A stretch of 64,000 nt of DNA, taken from assembly GCA_903879985.1 (NCBI GenBank), contig CAIRNR010000004.1, positions 32,762-96,761 of the forward strand, read 5' to 3'. The notes beneath the pieces are model-generated. The model was not told the origin of the DNA and did no database searches. It saw only the letters and a list, made by a program, of their open reading frames with translations. The DNA comes from an uncultured candidate division WWE3 bacterium (GTDB lineage: Bacteria; Patescibacteriota; WWE3; UBA101185; UBA10185). Below are positions 18,066 through 25,868 of the stretch, piece after piece (the first letter of the stretch is position 1; each line of letters begins with the position of its first letter). The translations under genes and the position numbers were made by a program.

Positions 18066-18605
18066 CTATTTACTTATAGTCGCGTAGACCTCGTACCAAT
18101 TCGTTGTAATTTCCTTTTGGGCCTCCGATAAAGTTATTTTTCCGCTGCAAACTTGCGCATGTAAAAAATTCTCTACTTGGTCTTTTTGTTTTGCTTGTTG
18201 AATTGGTTCAGGAAATAAGTTGTTTGGATCGCTTGGGTTTCCACCAATCTCTAAAGGTATTATATGATCTTCTTCGTAGTCAGCTAGCTTTGTGTCGTCG
18301 TATCCATAATCCTTAATGCCCTGCACTTTCAGCTTGTTTGTATAAGTAACGCTTGGTCTTACCCTTGCGGTATATCCTGAAACGCAAATAGTTGTCTTTA
18401 TGTTTTCCTGGGTTACGTTTGGATCGATTGTGCCGGGATTACATTCTGGATCAGGTAGAGTTCCGTTTAAGCTGCATTTAGAGGTTTTAGCTGGCGTGGC
18501 TGTTACTGCAGATGTAGATTGAGAAGTTTGCTGTATATTTGAGGAGTTTTTTGTTGGTGTAGCGCTTTTGAGTACAAAATAAATCACTGTAGCAACAAGC
18601 ACCAC
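18066..18605 (-). CDS. Membrane-tethered extracellular HNH-family nuclease-like protein.
   Basis: It has a hydrophobic N-terminus (start uncertain; GTG start, with in-frame hydrophobic codons upstream) and a Thr/Ser-rich linker. The C-terminal domain has DHIIPLEIGGNPSDPNNL, which fits the HNH core (D/H-H-I-x-P...N). Confidence 0.5.
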   Translation of the reverse strand: MVLVATVIYFVLKSATPTKNSSNIQQTSQSTSAVTATPAKTSKCSLNGTLPDPECNPGTIDPNVTQENIKTTICVSGYTARVRPSVTYTNKLKVQGIKDYGYDDTKLADYEEDHIIPLEIGGNPSDPNNLFPEPIQQAKQKDQVENFLHAQVCSGKITLSEAQKEITTNWYEVYATISK

Positions 18606-18709
18606 TATTATAGCTATTTTGGTTTCGCGTGAGAATTTATATATAAACGATTATACCTTGTTGTGCTATACTCGCCGCACAAATATTACCCCAAAAAAAG
18701 GAGAAGGTA

Positions 18710-19309
18710 ATGAAAACTCGTAATCGGTTTTGGACGATAGGTTTGTTGGTGTTTGTGTTTGTCCTGATTTCGGCCTGCGCACTTGGTGCTGCTCCCGTGC
18801 CCCCACCGCCTGACCCGTTACCGCTGTGGAAAGGAATGGACCCAAATGATATAGCGGGTTCGATGGGCATTTCAAAGGATACTCATGTGATTACTTACGA
18901 GGTGTCCATGAATATTAACCCGAAGTTTTACAAGGGTCCCGGCAAGTTAAGTTATACGAGTAACAAGCTGCTGTTATCTACGGACATCATGCCTACGTTT
19001 ATCAACGAATTTTCTGATTTCACCGTACTCTATGGATACGACGATCGGACGTTGATGTATAACGGAATTGCAACCAAGGCGGTTGTATTTGACGGCAGTA
19101 AGCAAGTTATAGCCGAGGCAAGATTAGAAGAAGGCGACGGCAGGACACTTACGCTTTTGGAGGTACATTACGACACCTCTGGAAATGTGATTTTCTGGTG
19201 CCACAGTACTATCAGTACTGGACTTGGGGACAAGATCGATGAGTACGATGTTAATGGTGTTAAGGCTAAAGAGTATTTCTTCCTTTGGCCGGTTTCTGCA
19301 TTCAACTAA
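18710..19309 (+). CDS. Lipoprotein, function unknown.
   Basis: The signal peptide has the lipobox LISAC. A poly-Pro linker (PVPPPPDPLP) follows, and a terminator lies downstream. Confidence 0.45.
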   Translation: MKTRNRFWTIGLLVFVFVLISACALGAAPVPPPPDPLPLWKGMDPNDIAGSMGISKDTHVITYEVSMNINPKFYKGPGKLSYTSNKLLLSTDIMPTFINEFSDFTVLYGYDDRTLMYNGIATKAVVFDGSKQVIAEARLEEGDGRTLTLLEVHYDTSGNVIFWCHSTISTGLGDKIDEYDVNGVKAKEYFFLWPVSAFN

Positions 19310-19330
19310 CTTTAGGATAGAGTTTTGCTT

Positions 19331-19368
19331 GGGCATACATTTTTTTTGGAAGTGTGTGCCCATTTTTA
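19331..19368 (+). terminator. Rho-independent terminator.
   Basis: GGGCATACA-(13 nt)-TGTGTGCCC followed by ATTTTT. Confidence 0.45.
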
Positions 19369-19502
19369 TAGGTCACAAATATATCGCTGCTTGTAGTCCT
19401 ATAGTAGGTATTTAATTTAATTAGTGTTATGTATTTTTTTTACCCTAAATTAATCCATTTTAAGTTTGTGTATATAGCTAAATTGCTGTTAATATAATAG
19501 TA

Positions 19503-20099
19503 ATGAAATTTTTAGATTTTAAAGGAAAAACCCTTAATTTGGGGGATCAATTTAGTGCTATATTTTCAAAGGCAAAACCTGTTCTAGTGCAATCCGGAAT
19601 TATTGTTACGGTTTTAGTTATAATAGCGGGATCTTGCGTCACTTATTACAATTATCTAACTTTAAAAGAACTTTCTGTCCTTGTAAAATCTCAATCGGAA
19701 ATTATTTCAAAATCTTCAAACTTTAAAGAAAGCGTTAAAAATTCTGATTCGACTTCGTTTGAAATTTCAAATATTAATAAACAACTCGCAATAGTGCTTT
19801 CAAAAATATCAAATAATTCTTCATCTAAAATTTCTGAACCTTCTACAAATGTAACCCCTACCCCAGATGCACCTGCCTATTTGGGAATGATTAGAACCGT
19901 CAATGACCCTACGACTACAGTAAATATATACGATGTGCCAAGCAATGGTGGCAACATTATTAGTACTGTTCCTTCAGATGATCTACTTTTTTATTATAAA
20001 ACTGCCCAGGGTTGGTATCAGATTGAACTAGAACCTGGGAATTTAGGTTGGATTCAGGCTGATTTGGTAATAGAATTACCTAGTACAACGAAAGAATGA
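19503..20099 (+). CDS. Membrane-anchored protein with a C-terminal bacterial SH3 (SH3b) domain.
   Basis: It has an N-terminal TM helix, a Ser-rich linker, and a C-terminal region (TVNIYDVPS...GWYQIELEPGNLGWIQADLV) typical of SH3_3. Confidence 0.5.
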   Translation: MKFLDFKGKTLNLGDQFSAIFSKAKPVLVQSGIIVTVLVIIAGSCVTYYNYLTLKELSVLVKSQSEIISKSSNFKESVKNSDSTSFEISNINKQLAIVLSKISNNSSSKISEPSTNVTPTPDAPAYLGMIRTVNDPTTTVNIYDVPSNGGNIISTVPSDDLLFYYKTAQGWYQIELEPGNLGWIQADLVIELPSTTKE

Positions 20100-20926
20100 A
20101 GATTATTAAAATAGTATTGAACTTATATTGTTTGCTCATAACACTGCCCCTGTTAGTGGTAGGGTTTAAGAATTTGAATTCATTTGCCAGTTTAACCTTA
20201 TTTTTATTTTTACTTCCTATCGCTCTTTATTTGCCTGTTAGTCTTTTTGGTAGATTAAAAAAAGTAAAAATTACTTTAGTAGTAATTAATTTTATTTTTT
20301 CACTAGTCATATTGGTTGTAGAGTTGTTAGCTGTAAAAAACCTAGTTGATGGTATTTTTGTATTTTTATTTTTACCGGTCTTTATTAACTTTTTAATGCT
20401 TTTGATTCAATGTTTTAAAAAATCCCCTGAAAAAGAAGTTATAGAGGCTGACGCTTTTGCAACCGATACACCTGCAGCAATCGATACCTTAATTTTTGAG
20501 CAAGAACACTTAGTTCAGGATGAAACTAGGCGTAAATTTATTAAGGTTATAGCCGGTGCGGGAATTGGCACTATCGTTTTATGTTTAATGAATCCTCAAA
20601 AGGCTGCAGCCGCATTTTTTGGAAGTATGCCTGGTCCTGGTGTCATTTCGATAAAGGATTCAGCAGGTACAAAGATTGATCCTTCAATAAAAGATCCAAC
20701 GGATAGTTACGGCATTAGTGATACAAGTGAAACTGGAGTAGCACATTACTATGGATTTATTCACTATAACGGTAGTGACTGGTATATTTTAAAAGATGCT
20801 GGAGATGGTACATTTGCTTACGCCACTAAGGCTAATAACGTAGGTGTTGCTTATGCAACTGCGTGGACAAATAAAGCTTCGAGTTTAGGTTACGGTTCCT
20901 TTTCTGCTGCCTTTAAAACAATATAA
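20096..20926 (+). CDS. Polytopic membrane protein with a C-terminal extracytoplasmic domain; hypothetical.
   Basis: It has an ATGA start-stop overlap with the upstream gene, about 4 TM helices, then a soluble 150-aa region. Confidence 0.4.
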   Translation: MKIIKIVLNLYCLLITLPLLVVGFKNLNSFASLTLFLFLLPIALYLPVSLFGRLKKVKITLVVINFIFSLVILVVELLAVKNLVDGIFVFLFLPVFINFLMLLIQCFKKSPEKEVIEADAFATDTPAAIDTLIFEQEHLVQDETRRKFIKVIAGAGIGTIVLCLMNPQKAAAAFFGSMPGPGVISIKDSAGTKIDPSIKDPTDSYGISDTSETGVAHYYGFIHYNGSDWYILKDAGDGTFAYATKANNVGVAYATAWTNKASSLGYGSFSAAFKTI

Positions 20927-20928
20927 AC

Positions 20929-23900
20929 TTACCACCACAACAAAACTCGCCACATTTCATTACCTGTATGTCTCATAACGTAAAGGTATCTTAAATGATC
21001 CTTTGGATAAGATGATGCGGTAGGATCAGCGTATTCTATAATTTCCATTCTATTACCAATAACTGCTGTACCCATACCATAAGGAACCGTTGCGGAAGGC
21101 ATTACAAGGTTAGTAACAATATCGTAATAGTTAATTCTACCAGTAGCCTCTTTTGTAAAATAAATTCTGTCGACGCCGTCATAACTGTACATAGAACCTG
21201 TTGTTAATGTTTCCATATTTGGGAACTGAGTGATCGTTTCCCAAACTCCATATGGAATATCGTATCTGTTAAGTTCGGTTGCCGCACCACCTCTAAAAGA
21301 ATACATAAATCTTGCCTTCATATTAGAAGTGCTTGGATCATATAATCTATCTAAATGTAAGCCAGTACCACGAGGTGTTATTGGATAAATAGCGTAAACA
21401 TCTGCGCCTGCTGTGGCACCAATGGTAAAACCAAAAGAAGTACCAAAAGCGGACATTTGTGTCTGACTGTTCTGTCCTGCGGCTACGACAGCTTGCTCAG
21501 CTGGGTTTGCGGTTCCTGGTACCTGACCTGCAAGCATTCGTGCTCTGTGACCTGCAAAGTATGCGTATGGCCAGTTCTGTGTGTAATCAATAATTGCTGT
21601 TGTGGAACCTCCTGTAGCAACTCCGTAACAATCTAATATTTCGTAAACTGTTGTTGCATCTGTCGTGGCGCTTAATGCTGTAGCTAATGTAAGCGTTGTT
21701 GCGGTGTTAGACAAAATCGCTGCCTGACTTCCCGCCCCTGCCCCAGCGACAATTTGTACAAGTCTTGCGTCGGTTCCTTTTATGGTTCTTATAACGGAAC
21801 CTGATTCTGTAGTTAAACCAGACGCGACTGTTAAAGTACCTGCCGCGGAGGTTACAACTTGGAACCAGCTATTGTTACCACTTTGCGAAAAGCCACTTAA
21901 TTTAATCCACATACCTACTGTGAATACTGCTAAACGGCTTGAAGAGTCTGTAATAGTTGTTGAGTTTGATACCTGAATTGTTGCATCACTAGCTGACACT
22001 ATAGTTTGTAATGTTTGGTTAAACCAGTTTACCGGCCAGTTTTTTGTTGCGTCGATAATTGTTTTAGCATCGCCGGCTGTTGATGTACAAACACCCCAAG
22101 TTCCTTGATTTGGTGTTCCTGAAGTGGCTCCTGGTGGAAAATACGAAGTTTTAGGCAAGGTTGAGTCAACTCCAAAGGGTTTCATATCTTGAATCATATA
22201 GCGTGTTGTACCATCAACTGGAGAGGCGCCTAAAACTAGAGTGCCCATTGTAAATGTTGTGGAGGTGTTTGCCGAAATTCTTCGTACATAGCCACCTGCA
22301 CCAATTTGTATGGATACAAGTTTGCCTACAAGTTCACTTGGTGCCCAATTTTTTGTAGCATCAACTATGATTAATGTAGTTTGTGCTTGGGTTACGGTTG
22401 CTGTACCTGTGGCTGTTGCTCCAACTGAAAGTCTAAAAATTAATGCTGTATCGTAACCGACAACTGGCCAAGCGCCGTTAATAGCTGCCGGTGCAAGAGC
22501 GCCCGCAACGGTTACAGAGTCACCAATTAAAAAGTTTGTAGAAAGAATAGTTGTAACCGCGGCAACGTTTGTAGTTGCGCCTGATGCCCACGAAACGGTA
22601 CATCCCGTGCCTCCTGCTGGTAAAACTGTTGTAACAATTGTTGATCCGGTAGTGTTATACGCGGTTCCCGCGTTTTCTAAAGCTATACTTGTTACAGCAC
22701 CAACTGAATCAACTCCTGTAACTCTATACTTTGCGGTAGTACCACCACCTCCGTTAACCGTCAAAATATTTCCAATAAAATAACCACTGCCTCCTGCGGC
22801 AATTGTAACCGGTTGTGTGCCTCCTGTATTACCTACTAATCCTCCGGCGGAAACTACAACACCTCCTGCAGCCACACCGTGTGCTCTGTCTCCAGTTTGA
22901 CCTGGTGCTGATAAAGAAATAGCTCTACAAATACCCCAATCTAATTGTGTTCCCGTTGTCCAATGATCTGCATCGATTCCGTATTGTTGCATGGCTGAAT
23001 GTGTAGCATACGTAGACCATATCTTGTCGGTGTCTGGCCATACCTCGTAGCCATCTCCATTCGCGGGATTAGAAAGCCAACTTTTTCCTATCGTAAAAGA
23101 TGTGGCATCGTTAGCTATGATTGTTCGATATTGGCCAATACTCGCTGCGGTGGTTGATGCGGTTATGCGTAATTGCATTCCTGCATATTGATTAATAACC
23201 ATATTAGCACCGGAGTTTACTAATCTTCTGGACGTTCCACTTGTTGCTGTAACGCCTGTTATTAATGCTGATGGACCGTCGTGTACTATTTCTGTAGCCA
23301 AATCAGTAGCTGCAGCATTTAAAAAGTTATACTGCACCGATTTAACGTGCCAGTAATCTGAAATTACATCATAATAGGAAAGTGAAAGCCATGGAGCTGC
23401 TGCAGAATTTAACAACCAAATTCCGCCACCTTTAACAACGAATCTTGATGTGGCATCAGGTGTAACGTCCCAAGCAACGGAGACTGTAATCATGGAAGCT
23501 TCAATATAGTAGTCACTACCTGCACCGGGTGCGGTCCATGGAGGATTTCCCCAAGGATCAATGGCTAAATACGCTGGGTCTGCTACGGTAAGAACGGTTG
23601 AAGTATTATATAAAATACGTCTAACCTGAGATTGACCAGTGCCTAACACAACTCTAACCTGATAATCCCGCCATTGATTTGGTTTCCATAGTCTATAAAT
23701 AGGTGGATTAACTGTTGCATCTGTTAACGATGTCGTCGCGCCCGCAGTTGCTACCCCGTAGTCATACGTTATAGGTTCACCAACATCTAATATTGTTCTT
23801 TCCTGACCTGCACCTGTTCCTGATAAGATTTTTATTTTTAATCCCTTTAAGGCTTTTCCATTTAAGGCAGCTGCATAAAAAGTTGTAGTAGTTGGTGCAG

Positions 23901-24177
23901 GTGAAGCTAAAACTCTTGAGTAATATCCGACGTCGTTGGAATAGCGTAACGGTGCATCTACAGCCGCGGTTACAGGTCCGTTAGCTAATTGGTGCCATGT
24001 GTCGTTGATTGTGTCATAACGATACATCGTAGCTGCAGTATAGTAATACATGTATCTGGGTGCTCCAGGAGGAGAACATGTAGCACAGATGTTTGTATTG
24101 GTAGCGACTGGTGCTAATTTACACCATTCCCATACCGGTTGATCAACTAAATTTTTTAAATTTAATGTAATAGCCAT
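20929..24177 (-). CDS. Giant (1082 aa) Thr/Gly/Ala/Val-rich fibrous protein, possibly a fibre or adhesin; no N-terminal signal peptide.
   Basis: It is one uninterrupted ORF with internal repeats (IIDATKNWP, IVDATKNWAP, IIDYTQNWPY) and beta-rich composition. It is co-oriented with two upstream small genes. Confidence 0.5.
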   Translation of the reverse strand: MAITLNLKNLVDQPVWEWCKLAPVATNTNICATCSPPGAPRYMYYYTAATMYRYDTINDTWHQLANGPVTAAVDAPLRYSNDVGYYSRVLASPAPTTTTFYAAALNGKALKGLKIKILSGTGAGQERTILDVGEPITYDYGVATAGATTSLTDATVNPPIYRLWKPNQWRDYQVRVVLGTGQSQVRRILYNTSTVLTVADPAYLAIDPWGNPPWTAPGAGSDYYIEASMITVSVAWDVTPDATSRFVVKGGGIWLLNSAAAPWLSLSYYDVISDYWHVKSVQYNFLNAAATDLATEIVHDGPSALITGVTATSGTSRRLVNSGANMVINQYAGMQLRITASTTAASIGQYRTIIANDATSFTIGKSWLSNPANGDGYEVWPDTDKIWSTYATHSAMQQYGIDADHWTTGTQLDWGICRAISLSAPGQTGDRAHGVAAGGVVVSAGGLVGNTGGTQPVTIAAGGSGYFIGNILTVNGGGGTTAKYRVTGVDSVGAVTSIALENAGTAYNTTGSTIVTTVLPAGGTGCTVSWASGATTNVAAVTTILSTNFLIGDSVTVAGALAPAAINGAWPVVGYDTALIFRLSVGATATGTATVTQAQTTLIIVDATKNWAPSELVGKLVSIQIGAGGYVRRISANTSTTFTMGTLVLGASPVDGTTRYMIQDMKPFGVDSTLPKTSYFPPGATSGTPNQGTWGVCTSTAGDAKTIIDATKNWPVNWFNQTLQTIVSASDATIQVSNSTTITDSSSRLAVFTVGMWIKLSGFSQSGNNSWFQVVTSAAGTLTVASGLTTESGSVIRTIKGTDARLVQIVAGAGAGSQAAILSNTATTLTLATALSATTDATTVYEILDCYGVATGGSTTAIIDYTQNWPYAYFAGHRARMLAGQVPGTANPAEQAVVAAGQNSQTQMSAFGTSFGFTIGATAGADVYAIYPITPRGTGLHLDRLYDPSTSNMKARFMYSFRGGAATELNRYDIPYGVWETITQFPNMETLTTGSMYSYDGVDRIYFTKEATGRINYYDIVTNLVMPSATVPYGMGTAVIGNRMEIIEYADPTASSYPKDHLRYLYVMRHTGNEMWRVLLWW

Positions 24178-24193
24178 AAATTAATTATTTTTA

Positions 24194-24499
24194 TTAAAAC
24201 GTAATGTTGTTTCTTATTCCGATTGCATATTCCATTCTTGCTCTGTCCATTATTTCGTATCTTTGATCAACAGGTTGTGCTGCTATAGAGACTGGTTGTG
24301 TACTTTGATAAAAAGTTCCTGTTACTGCTGTTGATGCCGCAGCTTCAACTACAACTCTCTGTCTTTGCTGGATATCACATACAGCACTTGGTTCTAATAA
24401 TTTAACAATTCTTCTTAAAAGGGAAACACTTTCATCTTGAGCTGGGTTTATAACTGTTCCGCTACTATCTGCGACTCTTGTTTGTTCAAAATATGACAA
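24194..24499 (-). CDS. Hypothetical 101-aa protein between the fibre-tip-like gene and the giant gene.
   Basis: The ORF is clean and co-oriented with its neighbours, with gaps of 17 nt and 36 nt. Confidence 0.3.
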   Translation of the reverse strand: MSYFEQTRVADSSGTVINPAQDESVSLLRRIVKLLEPSAVCDIQQRQRVVVEAAASTAVTGTFYQSTQPVSIAAQPVDQRYEIMDRARMEYAIGIRNNITF

Positions 24500-24534
24500 T
24501 TTAAATTCTCCTTAAAACTTTTTAAATATAATCC

Positions 24535-24912
24535 CTATATAATATACCAATTGGTACCTTTAGAGACAACCTGCATAGCAGAATTTTGAAATGCTAATAT
24601 AACGGTTGCGTTTCCATCATCAATTTTATCCGAACCTGCACCAGCTACGGTAACAGTATTTATCGTTGAATCAGTTTTTTTTATTTTATAAACCTTATTT
24701 GGGTGAGTTGTGGCATCTGGAAGTGTAATTGTTATATTTCCTGTTAGCGAACTAGAGGCGTCCGCCAGAATTACTGTTCCTGCGTCTGCAGCTGTATTTC
24801 CCGTAACGGTAACAGCATTTATTATGTCAATAACACCAGTGATAGAAAGATCACCAATTTGGTGAGAATGTAGTAACGGTTTTCCTAATAATTTATCGAT
24901 TGTGACGGGCAT
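24535..24912 (-). CDS. Small beta-rich protein resembling phage or adhesin receptor-binding tip domains (inference).
   Basis: The ORF track start at 25017 is a TTG and overlaps tatC. The ATG at 24912 (MPVTIDK...) is more likely. The C-terminal pattern YKIKKTDSTINTVTV...IDDGNATVIL...VVSKGTNWYII recalls tail-fibre tip modules. Confidence 0.3.
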   Translation of the reverse strand: MPVTIDKLLGKPLLHSHQIGDLSITGVIDIINAVTVTGNTAADAGTVILADASSSLTGNITITLPDATTHPNKVYKIKKTDSTINTVTVAGAGSDKIDDGNATVILAFQNSAMQVVSKGTNWYII

Positions 24913-24957
24913 AATTGCTTGTTTCCATGCTAACAATATTGTACCATTAATACAAGT

Positions 24958-25668
24958 ATGGATGATAAAAACGAGACGTACGAAATTTTCATAAAAGAGT
25001 TTATGGTACTTCGTCAAAAATTGATAAGTGTTTTTATTTTATTCTTCGCCGGATCGGCTATAGGATTACTTTTTAATCAACAAATATTAAAATTGGCACT
25101 CAAAATATTTAATTTCAGTGGTGTTAACATGGTTTTAACTTCTCCAGGGCAAATGATTGAAATTTCTATTTACACTGCTGTGTTAACAGGCCTGTTTTTT
25201 GCCACTCCTGTGCTAATATATCAAATTTACATGTATATTCGACCTGCATTTAAAGATAAGGAATATCACTTAATTATGTCTTTTGTTCCTTTGAGTCTTG
25301 TTCTTTTTATTTTGGGAGGAGCTTTTGGTGTTTGGATTAATCAATTAATGCTTGCCCTTTTTTCTAAATTTTCCAGCGACTTTAGACTGAATAATATTTG
25401 GGATTTACAACGATTTTTCTCTCAAGTAATTATGACAGCAATTTTGACCGGGCTTTTATTCCAAATGCCTTTGTTTTTATCTGCGCTAATAAGATTCAGA
25501 TTGTTGTCACGACAGCTTTTAGTGCAAAAAAGAAAAGTCGCATATGTTATCTTGTTAATAATCGCAGTTTTGCTGCCACCCACTGACATTTTGTCCTTAC
25601 TTATTCTTACAATTCCACTTATACTATTATATGAATTAACTTTGTTTTTAAATGTTGGACAACCTTAA
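24958..25668 (+). CDS. tatC: Sec-independent protein translocase TatC.
   Basis: It has 6 TM helices and TatC-type motifs, LTSPGQ and the YMYIRPAFKDKEY loop (compare F-I-x-P-G-L-Y-x-x-E). Confidence 0.7.
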   Translation: MDDKNETYEIFIKEFMVLRQKLISVFILFFAGSAIGLLFNQQILKLALKIFNFSGVNMVLTSPGQMIEISIYTAVLTGLFFATPVLIYQIYMYIRPAFKDKEYHLIMSFVPLSLVLFILGGAFGVWINQLMLALFSKFSSDFRLNNIWDLQRFFSQVIMTAILTGLLFQMPLFLSALIRFRLLSRQLLVQKRKVAYVILLIIAVLLPPTDILSLLILTIPLILLYELTLFLNVGQP

Positions 25669-25683
25669 AGGAGGTGCATTTTT

Positions 25684-25863
25684 GTGTTTGGAATAGAAAA
25701 TATTGGAACACCGGAGATTATCATTGTCGCAGTAGTGCTCTTGATTATTTTTGGACCTAAAAAGCTTCCAGAGTTTGCTAAGGGATTAGCTGATGCAGTT
25801 AAGGAAGTAGGAAATGCCTTCAAAGGCGATAAAGGAAAAGGACAGGAGAAAAAAGAAAGTTAA
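25684..25863 (+). CDS. tatA: TatA/E-family translocase subunit (59 aa; absent from the ORF track).
   Basis: A GTG start lies 10 nt after AGGAGG. The translation VFGIENIGTPEIIIVAVVLLIIFGPKKLPEFAKGLADAVKEVGNAFKG... has the TatA hallmark FGPKKLPE and an amphipathic helix. Confidence 0.65.
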   Translation: MFGIENIGTPEIIIVAVVLLIIFGPKKLPEFAKGLADAVKEVGNAFKGDKGKGQEKKES

Positions 25864-25868
25864 GGAAA

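Noticed and set aside
18066-25017. Intact prophage spanning the HNH gene through the fibre-like locus.
   Set aside because: No capsid, portal, terminase, integrase or lysis genes are present. The HNH protein is secreted and anchored, not phage-type. The intervening genes are a lipoprotein, an SH3b protein and membrane proteins.
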